NCBI GenBank assembly: GCA_951406725.2
Contig: OX597816.1
Location: 42,780,001-42,844,000 of the forward strand
Origin: Octopus vulgaris
Taxonomy: Eukaryota
Direction: 5' to 3'
DNA: 64,000 nucleotides
A program made the position numbers and the translations under genes. Within the stretch, counting starts at the first letter, position 1, and each line of letters begins with the position of its first letter. The notes beneath the pieces are model-generated. The model was not told the DNA's origin and did not search any database. It worked only from the letters and a program-made list of their open reading frames with translations. Below, piece after piece: positions 44,442 through 58,344 of this stretch.

Positions 44442-45007
44442 CATACATATATATATATGTATGTATATATTTGTTAATATACAAGCATGCTTGCATACAT
44501 ATATAACTGTGCATGTGTATGGATGGGATTAAATGTATATATGTATCTATGAATGTTAAGTGTACTTTTGTGCTTGGTAGATGTATGTCTTTAATAATAG
44601 CTTAGTCGCATAATGCATTGTGCCATAATACTGTAACCATGGTAATTCGATGTAGGATCAGCCTCTTCATGAAGGATAATTGCTAGTAGCACGTGAATAC
44701 GATATTGTTTTGCGGAACAAGTATTGTAAATTAAACTACAAGCATTCACATGGAAAACGCACGGGTATCTTCGCCAGTATTTCCACAATGGGCGGAGAAA
44801 TCTCATCAGAGATTTTGTTGCGATATAAGGAGGCAATAAAGGGAAAATATTATGAAGCAGTAAATACCGAAATTAATAGTTCCAAATTTTGGCAGAATGC
44901 CGTGCTGTTTTAAGAAAATGGGAAAGTCGGTTATGTTGAATCAGCGTGCAAGTGGTATTTATTTTATCGAACCCGAAAGAATAAAATGTCTGATCTCTTC
45001 GAAATAT

Positions 45008-46146
45008 GCCCACAAACACACTGTGTTTGTCTTTTCCTAATTCTACTTCAACAGCCTCTTTCCGAAACTGGTTGGTCTTTGATACTCTTGTCTCAAACCA
45101 TTCTCGTCTTCTCTTTACGCATATTGCTTCCAAACAATGACATATTCCATTTCAGATTGCCCATTTCCAATTTGCCCAAAAAATGGACATGGCATTCATG
45201 ATCAGATGTTACCGAATACTACTCAATACTATCGAATACCCGCGTGCGCGCACGCACGCACACACACACACACACACACACACGTGTGTGTACGCCTCCG
45301 CACACCGACGCACGGACTCAGGCATGCGCACACACATAAACACACACACACACGCGCGCGCGCGCAAACAAACATTCACGTATATATATATTGTCGATGA
45401 CATAAAGGTGTGTTCGACTTGCTGAAGATTCTACAACTCATGGCCTTAAACTGCCGAAATGATTCACTTCTACTATATAATGGAAGCCTGGCATTTTGGG
45501 GGAAGAGCTAATCGATGATATCGAACCCAATGCGCAACTTGTGAATATTTTATTGATTCGGATGTTTTGAATGTGAATTCAAATCAGATGTGTTGCGATC
45601 TCAGGGAGTAAAACCGCTAGAATTTCCGTAAAGCATTTCGTTGAGATCATTAATGATTCCACAAGATCGTCATATTAAATTGCTGAAATAAATACTATAA
45701 CTCCTTCAATGTTTGGCACAAGTGCAGCACATTTTGGGAAAAGGTTGCTAGTTAAACACATGAGCAACACTATTTGCGCTTCGTTTTCCCATTTTTAGTG
45801 CCTGGAACGATGAATAGCAAAGTTACTCTCAGAGTGCTTTGAACTCGGACCAGAAGAAATTCCGCTCAGCATTGCATCCAAACGGTAAATATTTTCCCAG
45901 CTCACTGACCTGAAATTAATGATGATAATAATGACAACTGTTTGTATTATAGACACAAGGCATGAGCTTAGGAAGTGGGAAGTATTCAACCACATTGATC
46001 CAAGTCCTGGGCTTTTAACTTTGGTAGCGACGCCAGCGGTATCTTGGGCTCAAAACATACTAGAATTACGCTAGATATTTTGTATGATGCTTTAACGGTT
46101 CTGCTAGCTCATCGCCTGAATGATGATAATAATAATAATAATAATG

Positions 46147-46203
<57 letters not shown>

Positions 46204-46917
46204 GTAATAATAATTCTTTCTAATTTTTGTAGAAGGCCGACAATTTTGGGAAGCAGGAAGGCAGTGGGATAATGTTTACTATATAGCCAGCTGACTGTCG
46301 GATCCGTCCTACATCTAACAGCAGCTTTTCGATGAATGCCCATAACTCAGCAACGCTCCAACACAGTGCGAACTCATGCAAAAAGTTTTCGCTGCTCTAC
46401 GCTCATCTTGGGCAGGTGCGATTAAAGTCGCCATACTTGTAGATTTGATGGAATTTATCCATGTGCTCGGGCCTGAAAATACACCTGAAATCATCAGTCA
46501 GTTATTTCCCGTATCAACGCCTCATAACATCGTCGATTGTAACTGTATCTAAACCTATGCAGAATGCAATGGTCAAGTATCTACGGAGCAATACCTGCCT
46601 GGTAGAGGGCTATGAGTACTTTACAGTACTTGAGGTGAATAACAAGAGTATCTTATTTTGGCACAAGGACAAGGATTTTGATGAGAGTAAGTTAGTCGAT
46701 AGCAATTTGCCCAATCCCGTCTAGTACTTGGTTATATCGCTCCAAACTGGATGAACACAAGATGAGTTCAGCCATATTTGATTTCACAATATGAAATACA
46801 TCAAGAAATGAGGCAGGACATTTTTCCCCGACGCTCTAACCTCTACTGATATGTTCGAGACCAGTAATTTTGAAGGGATGGGTTAGGGTATGTGACTGAT
46901 TCTTTATGTCATCGACA

Positions 46918-46956
<39 letters not shown>

Positions 46957-47265
46957 TTAATGTTTGCATGTGTCTCTGTGTGTGTGTGCATTCCTGAGTC
47001 CGTGCGTCTGTCTGCGCGGGCGCACGAGTGTATACGATATGTATTCAGTAGTATTCGGTAATGTGTGACCATGAATGCAACGTCCATTTTGGGGGCAAAT
47101 TGGAAATGGCCAAACTGAAATGGGATATGTAATTTTGGGAAGCAATGCGCGTAAAGAGAAGACGAGAATTGTTCGAGACAAGAGTATCAAAGACCAACCA
47201 GCTTCGGAAAGAGGCTGTTGAAGTAGAATTAAGAAAAGACGAACAAACACAGGGTGTTTGTGGCC
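45008..47265. repeat. Long inverted repeat pair (arms 45008-45407 and 46902-47265)
   Basis: cacaaacacactgtgtttgtc...tctacttcaacagcctctttccgaa...tgtcgatgacataaag is mirrored by ctttatgtcatcgaca...ttcggaaagaggctgttgaagtaga...gtgtttgtgg. Confidence 0.85.
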
Positions 47266-47948
47266 AAAGGACCTAGGTATCTTGGTGGATTCCTCCTTTT
47301 CGCCTTCGACCCAGTGCGTCCATGCTGCCAACAAAGCACGCGGAATTCTGTTCTTGATTCGACGGTCATTCGGAATGCTCACAGCAGCCATATTCCTACC
47401 ACTCTATGTCACGCTGGTGAGACCCATATTGGAGTATGGGATTCAAGCCTCTTCTCCTTATCTCCTCAAAGACATACAGCATCTCGAAAGAGTCCAGAAG
47501 CTGGCTACCCGCATGGTTCATGGTCTCAAAAATTTTCCTACGAAGAAAGGCTGAGGACGCTCGACCTTTATTCTCTTGAAAAACGCCGCCGCCGTGGTGA
47601 TCTCATTCTCGCCCACAACATCATAAGCGAAAAGTGTAACCTCTCGAAAGAGCTGTTCTTCACTCCTGCTCCAGAGCGTCGGCTGCGGGGTCATTCCGAA
47701 AAGCTCTACCTGCGACGATTTCATCTCAATCGAAGGAGAGGAGCTTTCTCCGTCCGGGTTGCGGATCCGTGGAACAAGCTGCCAGACGTGATGGTGAAGA
47801 TGCCGACGACCGCTTTGTTCAAAGCCTCCCTTGACCTCAAGTGGCCTGAACTCTTTACATGAACACCACCCTGTACTTAACTCCATGTCCCCCTACATGG
47901 CCTTGCTATTTGCTTTTGAGCCAAATTAACTAACTAACTAACTAACTA
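47266..47948 (+). mobile_element. CR1-group LINE 3' fragment (copy 2) with (TAAC)n tail
   Basis: Nearly identical to ~34195-34893, with a 1-nt frameshift near 47535. Confidence 0.95.
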
Positions 47949-47964
47949 AAAAATATAGAGTGTC

Positions 47965-48228
47965 AGCTGCGGGGTCCCTCCAAAAAGCTCTATCTGCGAC
48001 GATTTCATCTCAATCGAAGGAGAGGGGTTTTCTCCGTCCGGGTTGCGGATCCGTGGAATAAGCTACCGGACGAAATAGTGAAGATACCGACGACCTCTCG
48101 GTTCAAAGTCTCTCTTGACCAGAAATGGCCTGAACTCTTTGCATGAACACCCTCCCTGTACATAACCCCATGTCCCCCTACATGGCCTTGCTTTTTGCTT
48201 TTTGAGCCAAAAAATTAACTGAACTAAT
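47965..48228 (+). mobile_element. CR1-group LINE short 3' fragment (copy 3, diverged variant)
   Basis: gctgcgggg...aaaagctctatctgcgacgatttc...tttgagccaaaaaattaactgaactaa. Confidence 0.9.
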
Positions 48229-48737
48229 TATAGTGAATCAAAATATGTTCTTCTATGCACGCAGTTCTATATATCAGTGTATACCGCGGTAGCATCCCCT
48301 AGCTGTAAACTCAGCACACTGTTGCGTGTCTCACCTGAGTTTTCTGGAATTTTAAAGGATTTTGTGGACAAACCATATGGTGCAGAAAATTAAGGTTAGA
48401 TTTGACGTGATCTTAAGGTTATGCCTTCGCAATGATCCTCAGTGACAACATGTTCTTGTCTCATACAGATACTTTCCTCGATTGACAGTGTTAGAGTGGG
48501 ATCTCAGTGTGACTTAGTATTTTTGAATTCACGTCGAGTAACCACGTAGAAAATTTCTCAGCTGTCGTTATGTTGTGATCATACTGGCTTTTTTTTCCAA
48601 CGCATCAAAAAAACTATTATATCCTTCTCACCTAAACTAGGTGAGAAGGGATATAAAAATAAATCGTTCAACAACAAATAATGAATCTTCGCTCTTTGCC
48701 TCTCTCCTTCTCTCTATCTATCTCGAGTGCGCATACA

Positions 48738-48787
<50 letters not shown>

Positions 48788-49584
48788 GATAATGAATGTT
48801 GCCCCGTTTGTTTTTTCTGTCTGGTATCATTATTCTGAAACAAGATGACTGCTTCATTTTGGTTCGTTACATGGAAATTAAGAAACGTTATGTGGTCCGG
48901 TTTCTATCGTTTCGGAAAACTAGTCATCTATAAGACTCATACCTGTGTAGAGACCTCAGGTAGAAATACTACCGCAATATGCTGATCTAACGTTATACAA
49001 CGACTTCAAAGCAAAAGGACAAAGACTTAAGGAAGGTTTGAAACAGAACCCAAGTACGGTTTCAGATTTCAGCCCTGGGCTAAGGGCGGGTGAAGTCGCT
49101 TACATCGACCTCAGTGCTTCATTGTTCATATTTTATCGAACCCGAAGGGATGAAAGGCAAAGTTTACTTTGATAGAACTTGAACTCAAAAGAACCGAATA
49201 AATAAGAAATATAAAGGAGACATTTAAAATAATCAATCGATTAGTATTCCCAGTGCTTGATAAAAAAATTATCGATATTCTGCATATTCACATTCGGATT
49301 AATTATTTCCATCTCTAATCCTCACCCGTTTGCTACTACTGTAGATTTTACCCAATCGTTTAATAGTTTGTATGTGTACCAAGTCTGTTTATCTACTATC
49401 TTTCTAATAAGCGATTATACTAAATATGGAAGTGCATATATTCAGTTAAGCTCATCATCATGATCATGATCATTCTCATCATGAACATCATCATCATTAT
49501 CATCGTCACCATCAAGAACAAAAATACTATTTTCACCATATCCGTTATCTTTGTCGCCGTCGGGATGACGACGATGACGATGAC

Positions 49585-49627
<43 letters not shown>

Positions 49628-50903
49628 GTGATGAGCATGATGATGGTGAATTTGATGCAGTATTTACAGTGCTCATGCACATCTAGTGCTCCGTTTTGCC
49701 GATGTAAGTCCAAGTGTAAAATTGCGCTCAATTTAATTGGCATTTCTCTCATTACTCTAATTATGAAAGCTTCGCAAGACCCATGGCTACAAAATATTGT
49801 TTGGTTTTTGCCAGTTATTGCAATTAGAAAAAAATATCTGAAGGCATATGCAGATGAAGAGCATAAGAATTTGTAATGAGGCAATAATGAAAAAAAAGGA
49901 CAAAACCCTCTGTTATTTCACCACGCTATTTGTTGACTAAATACAAAGGGGGGAAATAAAAAAAGGAAGGAATAAGCTATAATTTAATTATCAATTGAAT
50001 AAATTTCAGCTGAATTGATAAACAAAGTCGCTGTAAGGTCAATTAACATCCCCATACTGTTTTTGTAGTAATTTTGTTTATATGCATTTAATTTTCGCTG
50101 TACACGTTCAGTTTGTAATTTGGAATCCATGTACAAATTCCATAATCTTAAATTACGTAATGAAAAATATTAAAACGCTGTTAACGATAATAATTGCTTT
50201 TAATTAATGTCTATAGACTGCAGTTCAGAGTTGCCGTAAGGATATTTACAACGAAGTCAGTGCTTGGCTTGTACTTTGTGTATCGATTTATTTGTACATT
50301 AAGAACGGATTTTGGGAATAGAGTTCAGAATGTAAAGTGCTGCAGCAAACACTGCAATGGGTTTTCTCCGTCTTTACAACGATTTTGCAATTTAATGTGA
50401 GTTATTGATAAGGAACTGTAATGAAATCAGGTATTAAAATTGTTTTATCAATATATGAATTCTGTAAAAGCTATGTCGGATTTCAAAACTTTTTTTTTTT
50501 ACTAAATACGTCTAACAGAAAATATATGCAATCGATTTTCTCCGTCTTTACAACCATTTCGCAAATCCTAATAACCTCGAAACAGATGGTAGGGATGAAG
50601 GCAATTAAATCGGCATGTATATTTGTATTGTACATTGAGCTCAAGAGGATGAAAAGCAAAAATGTACTCGACAGTGTCTGAAATCAGGTGAGACGACCTA
50701 CAAATTACTGTAAACTGTCCGTTCAATGAAACGTACTGTTAAAAGTTTTCCGAGATATTTTCAGATTTTCTTTGTATTTGCGTTTTTTTCTTATTATTTT
50801 TGTTATTCTTAATTTTCCCCATCTCCTATTGCATTTGCTGGAATATGTTTTTGCTTGGAAGCAATTAAAATTTTCAAAATACGTACATAGTAAATTTTAA
50901 GAT

Positions 50904-51206
50904 GTAGAGGCACATGGCCTAGTGGTTACAACAGCGGACTCGTGGTCGAGGGATCGGGGGATGGAATCTCAGACCGGGCGATGTGTTTGTTTATGAGCGA
51001 AACACCTAAGCTCCACGCGGCTCCGGCAGAAGGTAATGGCGAAATTCTGCTGACTCTTTCGCCACAACTTTCTCTCACTCTTTCCTCCTGCATCTTGCAG
51101 CTCAACTGCGACGGACCGGCATCCCGTCCAGGTGGGGAGCCCATACGCCAAGGAAACCGGGAAGCCGGCCCATTATGAGCCAGGCATGGCTCAAGAAGGA
51201 ACAAAC
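50904..51206 (+). mobile_element. tRNA-derived V-domain-like SINE (copy 2) with TSD
   Basis: Homologous to 9955-10252. TSD aaattttaag at 50892-50901 and 51207-51216. Confidence 0.85.
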
Positions 51207-51396
51207 AAATTTTAAGTTATTCACAAGCATACCTTATTATGTAACTTTACTAATTTTCAGACTGGTTATAAAAGGACAATCAGTAACAATATATTACTTT
51301 CTTTCTTTCTTCTCTTAATGATAATTTATCTAAGACACACAAAGTTTTCCGTATAATTTTTTCCGCTCCAGGTCACCACCCGTCTCCTTGGAATTT

Positions 51397-51471
51397 CTTC
51401 TTCTTCTTCTTCTTCTTCTTCTTCTTCTTCTTCTTCTTCTTCTTCTTCTTCTTCTTCTTCTTCTTCTTCTT

Positions 51472-51517
<46 letters not shown>

Positions 51518-51555
51518 AACTACTACTACTACTATTACTAATACTACTACTACTC
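51397..51555. repeat. Compound (CTT)n(CTA)n microsatellite
   Basis: Direct reading. Confidence 0.95.
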
Positions 51556-51574
51556 ACTCTTCTTTTTGATCAAC

Positions 51575-51605
<31 letters not shown>

Positions 51606-51871
51606 CTTAAATGTTATGTATTGTTTCTATGCATTTCTTGCATATTAATTGTAGGCTTGAAGAGCTTCTTCCCAGACATATAAATTCTTAAGGCCAGTTT
51701 CTGTGGCATATATATCTGCCACATCGTGTGGCCCTGGAATTGAAACCACAATCTTAGGATCATTAGACCAACACCTTATTCAGTAAGCTACGCGGCTCCA
51801 GAATTTTAGGCTTAAAGATGTTGAGGAACAATTAGGAACTGATACTCTAATCGAAAGAAACATGTTTCCAG

Positions 51872-52081
51872 AAGGCGGCGAGCTAGCAGAATAGTTTGCA
51901 CGCCGGGCGAAATGCGTCGCCCTACTTCATCTGCCGCTACGTTCTGAGTTCAAATTCTCCCGAGGTCGACTTTGCCGAATTAATATCAGTGACACACTGG
52001 TGTCGATCTAATCGACTTAATCCCTTTGTCTGTCCTTGTTTGTCCCCTCTATGTTTAGCCCCTTGTGGGCAATAAAGAAAT
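51872..52081 (+). mobile_element. Monomeric SINE of the 36553 family with a 15-bp TSD
   Basis: aaggcggcgagctagcagaa head. TSD aagaaacatgtttcc at 51855-51869 and 52082-52096. Confidence 0.85.
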
Positions 52082-53269
52082 AAGAAACATGTTTCCGTTT
52101 ATTTTCATTTTCATCGCTCACCTCTCTCAATCGTAAATTTTTACAGATTTGTAAACACATTTATTGATGGCTAAGAATAGTATTCAAATGTCGGAGCTAG
52201 AGTATTTCATTACAATATAAGCAATTCATAAGCTAAATAATATATTTAATTAATACCTTCAGTAGAGTTGGTAGGGCAGTTTCCATGTCTTTACACAACA
52301 TCTCTGAAATCTGTTTGAGGAAGTTATGTTCAGGCCAGATCCTTCATTCAAATGCTTGCTGATACCAAGCATAGTTGATGAATTCACTATTTCACTTAAT
52401 GTCAAATTTAAACAAGTATAACAAAGCAAAAGCGGAAAATAATATAAACAAAAATCATTGTTAGATAGTATTACAATTTACTAATTTAATATGAGCTATT
52501 GATAAGGAACTGTAATGAATTCAGGTATTAAAATTTTTTTATCAATATATGAATTCTGTAAAGTTATGTCGGATTTCAAAACCATTTTTTTTTACTAAAT
52601 ATGTCTAACAGAAAATATATTTTGTCATAGTCTTTTAATGAGATTATTTCTTTGCAAAATTGAAATGGAAAATATATCCTATTTATTTTAAGATAATTCC
52701 ACATACATCTTTTTTTATGTGGTAAATATTTTATTACAAATATAATTGATAAAGAAAATAATAATACCAGAAGAGAAGAAAGCAAAAGAAGATTAGGGAT
52801 ACAAAAGTATTTCTTGTTCTCGATATTGTATTCCCATCTAATTCAGACATAAATTATTTAATGATATCCAAATTTCTTTTTTCAGTATATATATATATAT
52901 TTTTTTTTTAGTAGATGTGGAGAGAAAAGTGGTGACCATGACATTGCGACCCTCAAAGACCGGTAAGCTTGATGTCACCGGTATTCTTTTTTAGTAGTGT
53001 TGGTTCAACCTCGGAATTAAAGGGTATGAACTAGAAACAAATTGCTGTAAGCCAATTTTCAGGGTAGAGAGAATAGGGTATAGCGTTTAGTGCAGCCTCA
53101 GTGGCGTGATAGACGTAAACATTTGACAAGAGGTGGAAGATCAAGTAGATTCATGTGGTGGTGTATCTGATTCTAATTGTATAAGTTCAACAACCTCCGA
53201 AGAAGAGATAATATTAAAGTAGCGATAGATAAGACAGAGACAGGAGGCATACTTTCCATAATAACTTGG

Positions 53270-53478
53270 GTTTACTTGCTTACTTCTTGCTTGCTTCATG
53301 CTCATGCATGATGGGTTTGGGATCATCATTGGTTAGTGGGTTCACAGACTCATCATTCTTAGGCCCGACCAGGTCCGCCAATGCCCTCCGTCGCTGACGT
53401 TCACGTGCCACTTTCTCTACATCTTTCAAAGTGACGTAGAGCCTCTGGAAATCTTCTTTAACCACGTCCAAGGTAAAT
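53270..53478 (-). mobile_element. RTE-type LINE extreme 3' remnant
   Basis: Minus-strand 'LDVVKEDFQRLYVTLKDVEKVARERQRRRAL' resembles the RTE C-terminal W.D.V..D....A.DR..WR motif. Followed by a (CAAG)-like tail. Confidence 0.55.
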
Positions 53479-54759
53479 AAAGTGGGAATGTGGTATATAC
53501 ACCGCATCTCCTATAGAAGCGTCTGTTTGAAATCCATAGAAACCGTCATCAAATACCTATACAGGTTACTTGGGTCACTCTGTCTTTTTACTGTGATGTA
53601 ACAATATCACGGGCTTTGTCTGTCATTTAATAATTGCTTGTAACATAGCCACAGGCCTTGAGATTTGAGCGAATGTGCATTTAATTGTACTTGAAGAAGT
53701 GACAGACCAAGCCGACTTCGGCGAGATTTGAAACTACAACATAAAGGACACCGAGAACTCAGAAATCCTGACTCTTGCCTGCTATGTGTTGTAATTAAAG
53801 CGAAAAGTGAAAGTTAACAATTTTGAGGGAAGTGTTTTACACGAAACCAACGATACAGTACATAACTTGCGCTCTAATTCATCGAACCCGGAATTAGGAA
53901 ACCAAATTTGACCTCGGTAAGATGTGATCTCGAGAATAAGAAAAGCAGAAATACGTACCGGAAATAGATTTTTCCTATGACCTGACAGTTCTGCGAGCTA
54001 TCTGCCTCCTTGAGATCATTTAATAATAATTATATCTTCTATAAACATGATACGGAGGAGAGCTGAAGCCTGAAGTAGATAGCCTTGCATCCACTGACAG
54101 TCAAATGCTGTCTATTGTAATGAAGTAGAAAACAGAACAAATTCGAGAGGTTTGATGCTAAAACGATACAATTAAAGAGAACTCTCAGATTTGTCAAATG
54201 AATTGTAGTTCATATGGTAAGGGAAATAATTATCAACACGAAGCTTAAGAAGGTGATAGAAGAAAACTCAAGAAAAGAGGAATCGACAAGACGCATTGAG
54301 AAGTCGAAAATAATCTTCCCATATTTACAGTATGAAATTAGAGTCAGTATAATATGATTGAAGGTAGAAGAATATATATATATATATATATATACATGTT
54401 CTAAAGTTATATGGATACTTAAGTTCTGAACACACTCAATCATTCCATTTCAAGTATTTGACATAATACAAAACCATAAAGTTTGTAAATGAATAGGTAA
54501 GAGAAATATCTATCCTCAGATATGTCTGCACATTTGGATGGTAAATATCTATGAACATTTTAGGTATGTGTGTGTTTCTATTTACATCAATTGCAGCGTG
54601 TATAATATAGCATATAGACGATATAGACGCTCTAACACGACGTCTTGATCATAGCACTTGATCACATATGTGCTATATCATATAAGAATATAGAAATTCA
54701 CAAAAGACGAAATGATTGATTATATAAGTTTTAGGTAAACAAAGAGGTCGAAATCATAC

Positions 54760-54913
54760 AGTCTGGTGGTCTAGTGGCTGGAATTGGTAGGAGTTCATTC
54801 CCCTGCTTGCAATATATATCGGGTGCAGATTGCATCAAATAACCAGCTGGAGGAGGCGCCCTCCTGAGATTAAAAATATCAGTAACGTCGGTTCCTACGG
54901 AACAGCCATGTTT
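54760..54913 (-). CDS. Candidate internal coding exon of an unidentified host gene
   Basis: Non-repetitive GC-richer island. Acceptor tttcttgccgcag, donor gtatga, 154-nt open frame KHGCSVGTDVTDIFNLRRAPPPAGYLMQSAPDIYCKQGNELLPIPATRPPD. No recognisable domain. Confidence 0.3.
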
Positions 54914-55578
54914 CTGCGGCAAGAAATGTTACTCTTCCAAGCTTTATTAAAGGCAAAATAGAAACGAAAATTCAGCACAGCGTATAGGGTATGCAAGAAA
55001 TTCATGAAATATTCCATAGGAAAATTGCTTAAAAAGATTTTTTAAATTACGATTATAGTATACTGTTAAGGTGTAATATTAACTATTCGATTGTTTATAT
55101 ATGCAATTGTTTATATATTTCTCAGATGAAGAATAATAATTTTTATACACAAGTTTAATCGAACAAGGGGCCGAATAAATACATCACAAAATTCACACTG
55201 TTGTACCCTGCAACATTCTTGTGGTGTCTCTCGAATTTGGTTATCCTCTCGGAGATATAAGCCGAACCAATTACTAAAATCTTGACAGCAGACTAGAATG
55301 TTCTCTTTCCGTCGACCATAGAAGTGATAGTTATATTAACGTATTTTTATATTTTACTTGCACACCGGATAGCAGTTGATATATAATGGATTTGAAAATG
55401 ATGACCAAAACAAACTGAAGGTTGCGCTCTAACAGAAATTTAGAAAACATTTAAGAACTAATATAAATTAACTAAACAAACTCGCACGCGGGCACATAAT
55501 CATACATGCACTCGCACGTAACTACATAAATGGAATGGACGTATACATACATACATACACACACACACACATATATAC

Positions 55579-55632
<54 letters not shown>

Positions 55633-58299
55633 TCATATATATATGTCTTCCATATGAATTTTCTTTATAGGCACTCCTCGAAGAAACTAAAGACAAAACT
55701 ATATGAAGCTAAATAATAACGTTTGAAATATAACGTATTTAAAACTAATTTTTGTTTTGTAATCAAATAATTTTGAAAAGCAAACAAAGATTGTTTAATG
55801 ATTTCTATCGAAATTACTTGATAGAAATTGCATAATGAAAGTAGAAATTGGAATTGAGGTATTGAATAAAATCGAAAGAATTATAAATGATGCAGGAAGT
55901 ATAGAAGGAGTGTAACAGATAAATTATAATCAATAACTATAAAACCAAAACAGAAAAAATTTAGCTCTTAAATCAGAGATGAATAATATATAATTGTAAT
56001 TTACTACTTGAGGTGAAAGTCGTTTACAATTATTTTTACATAAATCTGCGCGTTCTTTATTAGGAAATAACTTGAAATTGTTCCATATTCTAATTGAAGT
56101 TTATTTCCTAATAAAACGTATATTTATACTTAAGAGTGAATAAACAATTTGAATGTGAATTTTTTATGATATACCATATAAATTATAGATTTTTGGAAGT
56201 TCTCCAGAAAGTATTAACAATTAAAACGCAAATTGAGGAAATCTTCAGTATTTCTCTAGCGTGTGTTGTATTCCGTGTTCTTATATTATATACGAGTGCA
56301 TATATAAATATGTTTCTCCTTTAAACTACTGCTTTAAAACACGCTAATTAATGACTTTACATTTTAGTTGCATTTTTTAAAGATGTATCTCCTTGGCAAC
56401 AACTGAAGATTTCGCTTCGATGTTTTGTTAATAGTCTTGCTTTGACTGTTTAGCAGGCGCATAGTTTATTTCTTATAATGTAATCATTTACCAATGCAAT
56501 TCATATTTTTACTCAGTAAACAGCCGAGGTCGACTTTGCCTTCTATCATTTCGGGGTTGATAAATTAAATACCCGTCGCGTATTATTATAACTCAGTAAA
56601 AAATAGCGATGGTACTATCGTGAATTTCGTACACAGACCTAGTATAGTGCTTTGAAGCACATATTAAGTATATTTGCCTTTAATCGAAATCAGTTTGAAA
56701 TCAAATACACATACATACACATACAAAACAGAAAACATACATACACTACTAACAAATGCACACAGTTACAGCTCTCAATTTCCAGACACTGATGGTTCAG
56801 AATCTCTTATAATCTACCTTGATGATACGGATCCTCCTATTATCTGCACTAACTTCAAATTTCCATGGCCATCATACTACTTTACTGATACCTTGCATAG
56901 TACTGTATAAATAAGCATTATCATATTGATGAACAGGTAACTGTATTTCTATATTTCATTTAAACCTGTATTTGAACTTCAGGTGATGTTTCTGAAAATT
57001 CCATGCACTAAGTACCATCTATTCCTCTGCTCCTGTTCATTAAAAAAGATATTGGAAATTGTGAGGATTTTTGCTTCAGGGATATATATTCAATGATATA
57101 TATTCAAAAACGAGAAGTGAAGTATAGATATCCGCGATCTTCTCAAATCTCCTTTCATTGAACGAATAAAGTTAGCGTAGTCGATAGAAAGTCCTTTCTT
57201 TTGCAGTATACTTTCTGATTCTCTAGAAGCAGAGACCGAATTCCACCGAAGTAAACTTTGTCAGTGGTCATTTTCGGGTCTATAAATAGAATACATTTCA
57301 CGAACTGGTTTCGAATCTTACTCGCCCTCTTTCTTACTCTTGTGTACTCTATCTCTCTTTCTTTCATTGACTTTCTGTCGCGTGCGCGTGCGCGCGCACT
57401 CCATCTCACACACTCCCCTGCAGTTATGCTCATTCTCTCTCTCTTTCATTCTCTCTACCCCTCTCTTTCTACTTCTCTCTACTTCTCTCTCTCTCTCTCT
57501 ACTTCTCTCTCTCTCTTCTTCTCTCTCTCTCTGCTTCTCTCTCTCTATTCTTCTCTCTCTCTCTGCTTCTCTCTCTCTCTCTATCTCTCTTTCTTTCTCT
57601 CTCTCTGAGAAAAATTTGTTGTGTTCAGATTTGGAGAGACCTCTCCAGATTTTAGATGCACTTCACAAAATCTACGCTCCGACGGAGTCTGACCAAGTTA
57701 ATCAGAATTTGAGTTCCAAACAAACTAATGACCTCATAAAATGTTTTCATTTATTATACAGTTTTCATGCTCATTACATATAAAGACATGTATTTATAAT
57801 AACAAAATAGATTTTTAAGCAGTCGAAATGTGATCCCCAAGGAATCTCTTTCATTTCAGTACCCGGCTATGTAGAAAATGTTCACCAATAAATAATATGC
57901 TTACCACTAAAATGTTCATGTGTAAATCAAATCGTAGATACGCAATCGATTCAATGGACCATATTATTTCCTTACACATGTCTGACCTTGTGCCAAATAT
58001 AGAAATCAATATTAAATACGATAGACGTCAGCTGGATGAGAGAAAAGCAATAAATGTACAAAATATTTAGCTGTTCAATAGTATTTAACTTGAGAATGAT
58101 ATTTATTTTCAAAAATCTACGTACTTTTTTTCTTCTTTTTTTTCCGTTTCAGTAAATCCTGCGTTAACACAACGCCAATAACAAATTGTAGCATTGATAG
58201 TACAGATCAACTAAATAGCAAAGCAATTGCATCGGGAAAATCGACAGCTATAGTTGTGTTGTAAGCATTCAACCATGTACTTATATTATGATGATGATG

Positions 58300-58344
<45 letters not shown>

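Noticed and set aside
56785-56898. Plus-strand exon candidate (also 25254-25290, 42889-43056)
   Set aside because: Splice-like dinucleotides only, weak donors, and no recognisable protein similarity.
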